A DNA stretch of 63,724 nucleotides from Bacteroidota bacterium (GTDB lineage Bacteria; Bacteroidota; Ignavibacteria; Kapaibacteriales; DASPKH01): contig JAZKFS010000030.1 in the NCBI GenBank assembly GCA_040386315.1, forward strand, positions 13,135 through 76,858, read 5' to 3'. The notes beneath the pieces were generated by a model, which was not told the DNA's origin, did not search any database, and worked only from the letters and a program-made list of their open reading frames with translations. A program made the translations under genes and the position numbers. How positions within the stretch are numbered: the first letter of the stretch is position 1; each line of letters starts with the position of its first letter. Shown piece by piece: positions 27,235 through 37,551 of this stretch.

Positions 27235-27687
27235 TTATTCTGCTGCCAGCCACGCGCGGGCTTCCTCAACATCATCAAAATACATTGTGTCAAATGTAAT
27301 AATGCCGCTGGCTTTTGAAACGATTTTCTGCACGCCGCGCTTGTTGAAAATATCTTCTGCTTCTACAATTGCCATCTTTTTAAAATCATTTTGCAGTAGG
27401 CGCGGAAACCAGTATTCCGACGTCCAATCCTGATCGTTCGGCGCGATGACACGCATCAGTTTATTATTGCCGAGCCAGTGCGTCGGCTCGAATTCAAGGA
27501 CATACGGAATGCATTCATCAAGTGTACGGCGGAAATCCGCGCTTTCGACAAAACCAAACCACGTCAGCTCAAAAATTAACACATTGTTCATTGTATAGAT
27601 ACATGCCTTCGCATACCGCTTATCAAATAAAACTTTTACATGAGGAAAGTCGCCTGCGGGCTTCGGCATTGTGGAAGTATTATTCAC
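27235..27687 (-). CDS. hypothetical protein (possibly SpoIIAA/STAS-like fold)
   Basis: 150 aa. The overall pattern and the C-terminal F.D.EEA.AWL tail are reminiscent of STAS-like proteins. Weak resemblance in layout to 62476-62937. Confidence 0.5.
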   Translation of the reverse strand: MNNTSTMPKPAGDFPHVKVLFDKRYAKACIYTMNNVLIFELTWFGFVESADFRRTLDECIPYVLEFEPTHWLGNNKLMRVIAPNDQDWTSEYWFPRLLQNDFKKMAIVEAEDIFNKRGVQKIVSKASGIITFDTMYFDDVEEARAWLAAE

Positions 27688-27771
27688 GATAATTATGGTG
27701 TTGGTAATCGTATTTTTTAAATTTTCCGGTGATACTTTGACTAATAAATAGCCATTATATTTTTAAAAATT

Positions 27772-29565
27772 CTACACGAGTCTTCGCGCTGCAATGCACT
27801 TCATCAACCAATTCCGTTTCTTGACAAGTTCCAGCAAACTCATCTGTTCCTGCGCTTTTGAAAAACGTTTTTTCGCTTCTGCGTGAATTTTACTCACCTC
27901 AAAACTATTGCCCGACTGCTTTAAAACATACGCGAGTTTTGCTGCCAGAAGCGCACATTCCTGCCGCAATTCCTGCTCCTGCGCGGTAACGTCAATGACA
28001 TTTGCATCGGTATTTTTTTCAGGTTTTACCGTGTGAATTTTCATCTGCGGCTGCTCGGTAAATCCGGGAAAAAGTTCTAAACGATGCGAGGCGCTGCCCG
28101 TTTGCTCAACATTCTCAAGCTGCCAGACGCTCGCCTGTGGTTCAGAATTTCGCTCGGAACGCTCCTTTTGTTCAGTCAGCTTTTTGATCTTTAAACCGAG
28201 CTGCTCTTCGCCGGAAAGCCATTCCAAAATGCTCACAACGTCTGAATCATTCGCCGCATAAATATCACAGACATTTGCCTCTTCGCTCCAATCGCCGAAG
28301 TAGCGCATCCCGCGAAAAACTTGCTGCATCGTTTTTGAAAATGCGCGCACGAGATCGGCTTTAATAATGACACTGATCGGCTTAATATCCGTACCTTCAC
28401 CGATCATATCCACCTGCACCATCACGTCTATCGAGCCGTTTCGGTATTCATTTAAAAGCCCTAAACGCTCGCCTTCGGGAACATCCTGCCCGATCCGGGC
28501 AGAAGAATATTGCGGGAAATTTATCTGGATATAATCAAGGATCGCCGACGCGTGCTTATTGCTCATCGCAATTACCAACATTTGGTGCATCCGGCTTTGC
28601 GAATTTAATTTTCCCGTTGTGGCTAATTCCTCACGAAGCGCTTTCCGCTTTTCAGCGAATTTTTCAAACGCCGGAAAGAGCAGTGAATGCAGATAGACTT
28701 CATGAAAACGCATTTTCTTCCGCGCGAGAAAAGCGTCCACTTCGTTTTTATTTTTGACGATTTCCATCATTTTCGAGAGCGACATTTCGACGGTTTCGCC
28801 CGTGTCGGTTCGCGCCATTTTTATCGTGTAATCTACAATGTGAACGCCAACTTTCTTTAAAATCTTTCCTTCCGCGTGTGCATCGCGAAGTGTGACTTCA
28901 TGCAGCGCAACGTAATACTGTTCGGGATTTCCATCAAGTCCCGCACGAACCTCAAACGGAACGCCAAAAAGCGTTTTATTATCTGAGCGAAGCGGAGTTC
29001 CCGACATCGCTACGCTTGCTACATGCGGAAAATCGGAGATTTTATTTGCCCACGTGCCTTCTTCGGAAAGGTGATGCACTTCATCAAAAATAAACATGCA
29101 GGGTGCGGTCGAGCAAAATTCCCGCAGTGCGCGATGTCCGCCTTTTCCCGCCGCATATTGATATGTCGTGACGATAATCCGCGTTTGCAGGTTTTTTAAA
29201 AACACACGTTCAGAATCCGCTACACAAAATGAAAACGGCGGCGCACCAAGATTAGCAAAAACGCGGGTGAGTTCGCGCGTGTCGGCGTACTGGTCGCGAA
29301 GATTACCGCGCGGCACGAATATCACGAGCTTTTGCGCCACTTTTAAATGATTGGCAATTACAAAAGCCGCAAGTGCCGTGATGGTTTTCCCGTAGCCCGG
29401 CACGAAAACGCCAAGCTGATTTGGCTCAGCCCTTTTAAAAGCGCCTGCGAGCTTTTCTAGGAAAACGCGCTGCCCGGTTCTAAGCCGGAAGCCGTTTTTT
29501 AAAGAAATGCCGGGAAGATAATGTTCGTCGTGTGATGAATTTTTTAAAACCGGAAGCGCTGTCAT
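27772..29565 (-). CDS. superfamily-2 DEAD/DEAH-box (ResIII-type) helicase with C-terminal extension
   Basis: 597 aa. Walker A VPGYGKT, motif II FDEVHH, motif III MSGTP, and helicase-C motifs VDMIGEGTDI and QQVFRGMR. The about 150-aa C-terminal tail is unassigned. Confidence 0.8.
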   Translation of the reverse strand: MTALPVLKNSSHDEHYLPGISLKNGFRLRTGQRVFLEKLAGAFKRAEPNQLGVFVPGYGKTITALAAFVIANHLKVAQKLVIFVPRGNLRDQYADTRELTRVFANLGAPPFSFCVADSERVFLKNLQTRIIVTTYQYAAGKGGHRALREFCSTAPCMFIFDEVHHLSEEGTWANKISDFPHVASVAMSGTPLRSDNKTLFGVPFEVRAGLDGNPEQYYVALHEVTLRDAHAEGKILKKVGVHIVDYTIKMARTDTGETVEMSLSKMMEIVKNKNEVDAFLARKKMRFHEVYLHSLLFPAFEKFAEKRKALREELATTGKLNSQSRMHQMLVIAMSNKHASAILDYIQINFPQYSSARIGQDVPEGERLGLLNEYRNGSIDVMVQVDMIGEGTDIKPISVIIKADLVRAFSKTMQQVFRGMRYFGDWSEEANVCDIYAANDSDVVSILEWLSGEEQLGLKIKKLTEQKERSERNSEPQASVWQLENVEQTGSASHRLELFPGFTEQPQMKIHTVKPEKNTDANVIDVTAQEQELRQECALLAAKLAYVLKQSGNSFEVSKIHAEAKKRFSKAQEQMSLLELVKKRNWLMKCIAARRLV

Positions 29566-29652
29566 CTATAGAAAATCTTGTGAAATTGCGATATTTTTAA
29601 AACCTTTTTAAAAGCCGGAAAATGAAAAGCAGATTTTTCCGGGTTTCAAAAA

Positions 29653-29669
29653 TCGCTAAACTTTAGCGA
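29653..29669. promoter_or_regulatory. perfect 17-bp palindrome TCGCTAAACTTTAGCGA in a divergent promoter region (possible operator)
   Basis: 8+1+8 inverted repeat read directly, between the divergently transcribed helicase and GNAT genes. Confidence 0.3.
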
Positions 29670-29766
29670 GTGAACAAGTTATTTTGAAAAGATGTGGGAA
29701 AGTTTTTAAAAGAAGAGTTTTTAAAAGTATATTCGTTGAAAAATATGTTTAAAGGAATTAAAAAAG

Positions 29767-30288
29767 ATGAATTCTGAAAAGATTATCATCCGGTTTACCG
29801 AAAATTCTGATGCCGAAAAGCTGGCTGAATATGTAGCAAATATCTTTAAAGAAAATCTTGATACGATTTTTAAAAGAAATGCTAAACCAACCGTAGAAGA
29901 GCAGAAAGCTTTTATTGAAAGAATGTCTACGGCGGAAAATTCATTTTTGCTCATTGCCGAATATGAACATCAGATTGTGGGAATGTTGGATTTTCATGTG
30001 TTTAAAGTGCCGCAGAAAGCGCACGGCGGTTCATTTGGCATGTCAGTTTTAAAAGATTTTCGTGGAATGGGAATTGGAAAAGAGCTTTTAAAACACATGA
30101 TTGCGGTTTTGCAAAATGCCGGAAAAATCCAACGGATTGAATTGCAGGTGTTTAGCAATAATGCAAACGCCATAAAGCTCTATGAGTCGCTCGGCTTTGA
30201 GCATGAAGGCAGGCAACGGCGGGCGGTACAGATAAATAATGAGTTTTATGATATTCTGTTTATGGCGAAGTTTTTAAAAGCGTTTTAA
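29767..30288 (+). CDS. GNAT-family N-acetyltransferase
   Basis: 173 aa. Contains RGMGIGKELL (acetyl-CoA loop Q/RxxGxG/A) and a YESLGF motif. Confidence 0.85.
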   Translation: MNSEKIIIRFTENSDAEKLAEYVANIFKENLDTIFKRNAKPTVEEQKAFIERMSTAENSFLLIAEYEHQIVGMLDFHVFKVPQKAHGGSFGMSVLKDFRGMGIGKELLKHMIAVLQNAGKIQRIELQVFSNNANAIKLYESLGFEHEGRQRRAVQINNEFYDILFMAKFLKAF

Positions 30289-30294
30289 AATCAA

Positions 30295-30330
30295 AAAAGC
30301 CACAAAGCACTATCGCTTTATGGCATTTCC
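30295..30330. terminator. hairpin terminator between the GNAT gene and the tryptophanase-like gene
   Basis: Stem GCCACAAAGC (30299-30308) pairs with GCTTTATGGC (30315-30324). The A-run upstream acts as a U-run for the minus-strand transcript. Confidence 0.55.
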
Positions 30331-30348
30331 TTTAAACCTTTTTAAAAG

Positions 30349-31785
30349 CTACACAATGAAATTTTCTTCAATATAACTGCTCGCTTCGGTGGTAATTTCC
30401 GCCGGAATATCCGGCTCCACAACCTCAAACTGCGCAGTAAAATGACGCAAATACGGCGCTTCAAACACAATTTTAAAACCTTTTAAAAAGTGGCGGTTTT
30501 CAAAAACCTCAATGACGGCTTCCGCCACGTAGTCAATATGGCTTTGCGTGTAGACGCGGCGTGGAATGGCGAGGCGCACCAGCTCCATTGGCGGCGCGAC
30601 GTGTTTGCCGTCTGCGTCATATTTGCCGAACATCACCGAGCCGATTTCCACGCTGCGGATGCCCGCGTGCTCATACAGCGCGCAGCTCACCGCCTGACCG
30701 GGGAATTGTGACGGCGGAATATGCGGCGCGAAACGTTTTGCGTCCAAGTACACGGCATGTCCGCCAGTCGGCACGAGCAGCGGAACGCCCGCCGCAAGCA
30801 GCTTGTCGCCGAGATATTCGATTGAGCGGATGCGGTATTCGAGATAGCGTTCGTCGAGCACTTCTTCCAGGCCGATAGCGATTGCCTCAAGGTCGCGCCG
30901 CGCCAGCCCGCCGTACGTCGGGAAACCTTCCGTCACGATAAGCACTGTGCGGGATTTCATCGCGAGCGCTTCGTCATTCATCGCGATAAAGCCGCCGGTA
31001 TTCACCATGCCATCCTTTTTCGCGCTCATCGTGCAGCCGTCGGCGTACGAAAACATCTCTCTCGCAATATCGCGCACAGACACATTTTCAAAACCCAGCT
31101 CGCGCTTTTTAATAAAAAATGCATTCTCAGCAAATCGGCACGCGTCAAGGAAAAGCGGAATCCCGTAGCGTTTTAAAACGCCCTTCACATCGCGAATATT
31201 CTGCATCGAAACAGGTTGCCCGCCTCCGCTGTTATTCGTGACCGTGAGCATGCACAGTGGGATATTTTCAGCGCCAGTTTCTATGATAAATTTTTCTAAT
31301 GCCGCAACATCCATATTTCCTTTAAAATCGCCCGGGATTTCAGGACGTTTGCCCGCTTCCGTCAGCAGGTCAACGGCCTCCGCGCCGGAATACTCGATAT
31401 TCGCGCGCGTGGTGTCAAAGTGCGTGTTATTCGGAATGAATTTGCCCGCACCGCCGGTGATGCTGAAAAGGATTTTTTCTGCCGCGCGGCCCTGGTGCGT
31501 TGGGATGACAAATTTAAAATTCGTCAAATCCTGCACCACTTTTTCAAATTTAAAATAGCTGCGCGAACCCGCATACGCCTCGTCGCCGTCCATCATTCCT
31601 GCCCACTGTTTTGCGCTCATCGCGGTCGTGCCGGAGTCCGTCAGCAGGTCAATTAAAACATAGTCAGATTTTAAAAGAAAAGGATTATAATGCGCCTTTT
31701 TTAAAAGCGACGTGCGTTCCTCCGGCGTGGTGAAATTTAGCGCTTCCACCATTTTTATTTTAAAAGGCTCGATGATTGTTTTCAT
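30349..31785 (-). CDS. tnaA: tryptophanase-like PLP-dependent beta-eliminating lyase
   Basis: 478 aa. Contains [36 protein letters not shown], the PLP-lysine context MSAKKDGMV, GIRSVEIGS and LRHFTA. These are closer to my recollection of E. coli TnaA than to TPL. Confidence 0.8.
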   Translation of the reverse strand: MKTIIEPFKIKMVEALNFTTPEERTSLLKKAHYNPFLLKSDYVLIDLLTDSGTTAMSAKQWAGMMDGDEAYAGSRSYFKFEKVVQDLTNFKFVIPTHQGRAAEKILFSITGGAGKFIPNNTHFDTTRANIEYSGAEAVDLLTEAGKRPEIPGDFKGNMDVAALEKFIIETGAENIPLCMLTVTNNSGGGQPVSMQNIRDVKGVLKRYGIPLFLDACRFAENAFFIKKRELGFENVSVRDIAREMFSYADGCTMSAKKDGMVNTGGFIAMNDEALAMKSRTVLIVTEGFPTYGGLARRDLEAIAIGLEEVLDERYLEYRIRSIEYLGDKLLAAGVPLLVPTGGHAVYLDAKRFAPHIPPSQFPGQAVSCALYEHAGIRSVEIGSVMFGKYDADGKHVAPPMELVRLAIPRRVYTQSHIDYVAEAVIEVFENRHFLKGFKIVFEAPYLRHFTAQFEVVEPDIPAEITTEASSYIEENFIV

Positions 31786-31843
31786 TTTTTTTGAAGTAAA
31801 AAGGTAAAAGGAAAAGGAAAAATGTTTTTAAAATTAATTGGTC

Positions 31844-31965
31844 AATTCCCCTCCTCGGAGGGGTGGCCGCAGGCCGGGGTGGGTTCACGGTAGCAATCGT
31901 TGGCAATCGCGACCTTCTGACGCGACCCCCCCCGCCCGATGGGCACCCCTCCGAGGAGGGGAATT
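31844..31965. repeat. palindromic intergenic element (AATTCCCCTCCTCGGAGGGGTGGCCGCAGGCCGGGGTGGGT ... ACCCCCCCCGCCCGATGGGCACCCCTCCGAGGAGGGGAATT)
   Basis: Long imperfect inverted arms with a CTTCTGACGCG core. Related copy at 45195-45314. Confidence 0.9.
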
Positions 31966-31974
31966 TTTAAAAAT

Positions 31975-32116
31975 TGTCATTCCCCTGAAAAGGGGAATCA
32001 ACGTCAGAAGAAGTTGGAAAATGAGCTTTTAAAAATTTTAAAAATGCTGTTTTAAAACGAGAATTGTAACCTGACGCGTCCAACTGGAGTTGATTCCCCT
32101 TTTCAGGGGAATGGCA
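31975..32116. repeat. palindromic intergenic element (TGTCATTCCCCTGAAAAGGGGAATCAAC ... GTTGATTCCCCTTTTCAGGGGAATGGCA)
   Basis: Perfect-looking 27-nt arms. The spacer holds CGTCAGAAGAAGTTGG on the left and CCTGACGCGTCCAACTGG on the right. Confidence 0.9.
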
Positions 32117-32142
32117 GACTCAGGTATTGCAAATTTCACTTT

Positions 32143-33648
<1,506 letters not shown>

Positions 33649-33919
33649 TTATTTAAGACTCTTTTATCCTTTTAAAAGCCGCATTTTTAAAACGGCGTTT
33701 TTCATCTGCAACAAAATTATGGGTTTTTAAAAAAGGAAAATATGATATTTGTCAGGTGGGAGGGATTTTTAAAATGCTTTTAAAAACAAAGGTTTTAAAA
33801 TGCAAAAAGGCAACTCAATAAGAATTACCTTTTAAAAACTTTCAATGCGGTATAGCAGAAATCGCTGCGCGCATAAATGCATTCAGCGACTTCGCACAAA
33901 TAATTATTTCTTCATCTAA

Positions 33920-34630
33920 TTATTTAAGTTTATATTTAACAAGTTCGCCATCGGGATAGGGGCCATTGGATGAATTGATAGATTGAATAATTCCGATTCC
34001 CTTAACGTAGCGTTGATAAAAGAAACCGTCATAGTCAACAGGAATCCCCGAGCCTTTCTCAGTGTCCCAAACCACTCTATTCTCTCCGTCAAATTCTATC
34101 TTAAAATCAGGATTCCACCAAAGGATTTGGACATCCATAGCATAAACTGTGTCATATGGTCTCTTGGGATTTGCTGGGAGATAGTTGCAAACAACAAGCC
34201 TTTTGTTTAGATTATAATTCTGATTGTAGGTTCCTCTATGCAATCCTTCTGGTGTTACGTAGTAATATCTATAGAAAGTCTGACCATCAGCTTTATTATA
34301 AACCATTCTATAGGTCTTAAGAGTTAATATAGTATCTTCTTCAAAACGTCTTGGTTTAAGCCTTATATCCCATGTCATCATTTTAACTTCATCAATACGC
34401 ATAGTTTCAAACTTGCCGTTTGTACACTCATATGTCCACTCGTTACCTACAGCAATAGGTATCATTTGGTTGTAGTTTAGCTCCCTTTCCTGTGGTGTGA
34501 GGCTATCGAGTGGAAGTGGTTTTGATGTAGTGTCGATTGGATTTTTATTCCCATCAACAGGATTGACAGTTTCATCTTTACATGAACTGCAAAGAATTAT
34601 AGCGCTAATAGCAACAAGAATAGTTTTCAA
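33920..34630 (-). CDS. hypothetical lipoprotein (AT-rich gene, TTG start)
   Basis: 236 aa. (M)KTILVAISAIILCSSC has a lipobox-like LCSSC. Markedly lower G+C than its neighbours. No TTTTAAAA copies. Confidence 0.6.
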   Translation of the reverse strand: MKTILVAISAIILCSSCKDETVNPVDGNKNPIDTTSKPLPLDSLTPQERELNYNQMIPIAVGNEWTYECTNGKFETMRIDEVKMMTWDIRLKPRRFEEDTILTLKTYRMVYNKADGQTFYRYYYVTPEGLHRGTYNQNYNLNKRLVVCNYLPANPKRPYDTVYAMDVQILWWNPDFKIEFDGENRVVWDTEKGSGIPVDYDGFFYQRYVKGIGIIQSINSSNGPYPDGELVKYKLK

Positions 34631-34860
34631 TGGAGTATATCTTAGTTGTATAAAATATTTACTGCAATCTACAAACCACTACTGACAATTACAAAATAGT
34701 TTATTAGAAAAACTAAAATAAGTAAAATAAATAATTGCAAAGCGTGAGATTTGCTAACTTTGCTGAAATATAATGAATATTGCACTGCTGTTTGTAAGGA
34801 AATGTCCGCAGTTATGTCTGAATTTATTAAATCAAATCGAAAAGTTAACAAATTAAGCCA

Positions 34861-36771
34861 ATGACCATATTTTCAGTCAATAATCTCTCAAAAGCATTTC
34901 TCGATAAAACCCTTTTTAAAGGCATTTCCTTCGGTATGGAGGAGGGCGAGCGCGTGGGCATCATCGGGCGGAATGGCGCGGGAAAGTCCACGTTTTTAAA
35001 AATTATCGCAGGGCTGGAAGTGGCCGATGAGGGCACCGTTGCTGCGAACCGCGAGCTGCGCATCGAATATCTCAATCAGTTGCCGGAATTTGCCGAGCAT
35101 GCCCGCGTGCTGGATGCCGTGATGGATGCGCGTCCCGAGGTGAATGAGCTTTTGCGCGAGCACGCACGCATTTGCAAGCTGATGGAAACCTCGCATGATG
35201 AGGAAATCCAGAATCGCCTTGAAACAGTTTCCTCGCGGCTTGAGCAGACGGACGGCTGGAATCTTGAAACGGAAGCAAAAATAATTCTGCAAAAGCTCGG
35301 CGTTACGCGCTTCGACGAGGATGTGAAAAATCTTTCGGGCGGGCTGCGGAAACGTGTTGCACTGGCGCGTGTGCTGCTGATTGACCCGGATTTGCTGATA
35401 CTGGATGAGCCGACGAACCACCTTGATGCGGATTCAGTTCAGTGGCTTCAGGACAGGTTGCAGCACTCGTCGAAGGCCCTACTGATTGTGACGCACGACC
35501 GGTATTTCCTCGATGCGGTGAGCAATAAAATCGTGGAGCTCGACCAGAATAAAATGTTTTATTACCCGGGAAATTACGAGCAATATCTCATTCAAAAAGA
35601 AGCGTTTCTCGACACGCAGGAATCCACTGCCGACCATCAACGCAATAAACTCCGGCAGGAACTTTTCTGGCTGGCAAAAGGTGCGAAAGCCCGCCGCACC
35701 AAGCAACAGAGCCGCATCAAGTGGATTGACGAAATGCAAAACCAGGAAAAGCACGTTGAGCAGAAAAATCTTAAAATTGAGCTCGGCAATTCCTTCCTCG
35801 GCAGCAAAGTCATTGACGCGGTGAATATTAGCAAAAGCATCGGTGGGAAACTGCTTTTTAAAAACTTTGAATATAACGCCGCGCCCGGCGACCGCATCGG
35901 TATCATCGGGCCAAACGGAACGGGAAAATCCACGCTTTTAAACACACTCGCGGGAAAAATCCAACCTGACACGGGAAAAGCCACGCTCGGCGCAACCGTA
36001 AAGTTGGGTTTTTTCCATCAGGAAATCAAGCATTTTGACGAATCGCAAACCGTCATCGGCAGTCTCCGCGAAATCGCCGAATTCATCGACACCGGCGTTG
36101 GAAAAGACCGTTTCCTCACGGCAAAAGATTTGCTTGAGCGCTTCCTTTTTCCCGCAAAACAGCAGCACTCGCGCATCGAAACGCTTTCCGGCGGTGAGCG
36201 GCGGCGGCTGGCCCTTCTGCATATTCTCATGGCCAATCCAAACGTGCTTTTACTCGATGAGCCGACGAACGATTTCGACGTTGCCACACTTTCCGCGCTC
36301 GAAGATTACCTGCGGAATTTCCTCGGCGCGCTCATCGTCGTGTCGCACGACAGGTCGTTTTTGGATAATACCGTTGAGCATATTTTCGCGTTTGAAGAAG
36401 GCGGAACCATCAAAAAATATCCGGGCAATTATTCCGCATATCTTGAGAAAAAAGAAGCGAAAAATCAGGAAAAAGCAGACGAGAAAGTTTTAAAAGAAAA
36501 AGCTTTTAAAAGCGAGTCTTTAAAACCCCAACAGCCAATTGCCAATAACCAAAAGCCGAAAAAACTTTCTTTTAAAGACCAACAGGAATTTAAAAAACTG
36601 GAAGAAGAAATTAAAAAATTAGAAAAGCAGAGAACTGAAATAAATGAATTTTTGGCCTCAGGCGGTACGAACTATAAAGAGCTTGACGAAAAATCAAAGC
36701 TTTTAAAAACAATCGAAGAGCGGCTTGAAGAAGCGGAAATGCGCTGGCTGGAATTAAGCGAACTGGCATGA
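34861..36771 (+). CDS. ABC-F family ATPase (two ABC cassettes, no TMD)
   Basis: 636 aa. Walker A GRNGAGKST and GPNGTGKST, signatures LSGGLRKR and LSGGERRR, and a Lys/Glu-rich coiled C-terminal tail. Confidence 0.92.
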   Translation: MTIFSVNNLSKAFLDKTLFKGISFGMEEGERVGIIGRNGAGKSTFLKIIAGLEVADEGTVAANRELRIEYLNQLPEFAEHARVLDAVMDARPEVNELLREHARICKLMETSHDEEIQNRLETVSSRLEQTDGWNLETEAKIILQKLGVTRFDEDVKNLSGGLRKRVALARVLLIDPDLLILDEPTNHLDADSVQWLQDRLQHSSKALLIVTHDRYFLDAVSNKIVELDQNKMFYYPGNYEQYLIQKEAFLDTQESTADHQRNKLRQELFWLAKGAKARRTKQQSRIKWIDEMQNQEKHVEQKNLKIELGNSFLGSKVIDAVNISKSIGGKLLFKNFEYNAAPGDRIGIIGPNGTGKSTLLNTLAGKIQPDTGKATLGATVKLGFFHQEIKHFDESQTVIGSLREIAEFIDTGVGKDRFLTAKDLLERFLFPAKQQHSRIETLSGGERRRLALLHILMANPNVLLLDEPTNDFDVATLSALEDYLRNFLGALIVVSHDRSFLDNTVEHIFAFEEGGTIKKYPGNYSAYLEKKEAKNQEKADEKVLKEKAFKSESLKPQQPIANNQKPKKLSFKDQQEFKKLEEEIKKLEKQRTEINEFLASGGTNYKELDEKSKLLKTIEERLEEAEMRWLELSELA

Positions 36772-36844
36772 TTTTCGCACTTTAAAAATCGTGCCTTTAA
36801 AAAGCACGATTTTTAAAACATCGAGCAGCATAAAAAAACGGAAA

Positions 36845-37381
36845 ATGAAACAAACGTACGCGAAATATATTTTGCTTGCAGTGTTGGCTGTTCTCATACA
36901 GTCATGCCAGAGCACCGTGCGTTTTGCTTCGACTTCTTCTGCGCCGACTCGCGGAAATATTGAATTACCCAGCCGCAATGAAGCGCCATCGCTTGAAAAC
37001 GCCTCGGACACACAGGTGAAAATTATCAAAACCGCTGAAACGTATCTTGGAACGCCGTATGTGTGGGGTGGAAATACGAAAGGTGGAATTGACTGCTCCG
37101 GGCTTGTCTGCCAGGTTTTTAAAACGGTGAATCTGCCGCTTCCACGAACGTCATTTGAGCAGTTTCAAAAAGGGCAGCCGGTTGGCGGTGGAAGTTTGGA
37201 AGTTGGCGATTTAGTTTTTTTTAGTTTTGAATCCGGCCGTGCCGTAACGCATGTCGGTATTTACGCAGGCGAAAATAAATTTATTCACGCTTCTTCATCG
37301 CGCGGCGTCACGTATCAGTCGTTGTACGACCAGCCGTATTCGAGTTCACTGGTCGGGTACAGGCGATTTTTAAAAGAATAG
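36845..37381 (+). CDS. C40 (NlpC/P60) peptidoglycan endopeptidase lipoprotein
   Basis: Start at MKQTYAKYILLAVLAVLIQSC (lipobox). Contains GTPYVWGGNTKGGIDCSGLV and THVGIY. Confidence 0.88.
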   Translation: MKQTYAKYILLAVLAVLIQSCQSTVRFASTSSAPTRGNIELPSRNEAPSLENASDTQVKIIKTAETYLGTPYVWGGNTKGGIDCSGLVCQVFKTVNLPLPRTSFEQFQKGQPVGGGSLEVGDLVFFSFESGRAVTHVGIYAGENKFIHASSSRGVTYQSLYDQPYSSSLVGYRRFLKE

Positions 37382-37551
37382 ATTTTTCAACTATTTGATT
37401 TTAAAAAGGTTAATTAAACGCGCCGATTTTTAAAACTCATTTCAAATAATACCCGTACTTAAACTTTAATAGGGAACATCAGAACGTTTTTGGCGGATCG
37501 TTGTTCTTCAAGAAAGTCTGTTTCATAATTTTAAAAATCAGTTTAGTTGGA

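Noticed and set aside
31844-32116. The possibility that the GC-rich palindromic repeats form a CRISPR array.
   Set aside because: The repeats are inverted, not direct. They are of different sequence classes, are not regularly spaced, and have no cas genes nearby. They are dispersed intergenic palindromes.
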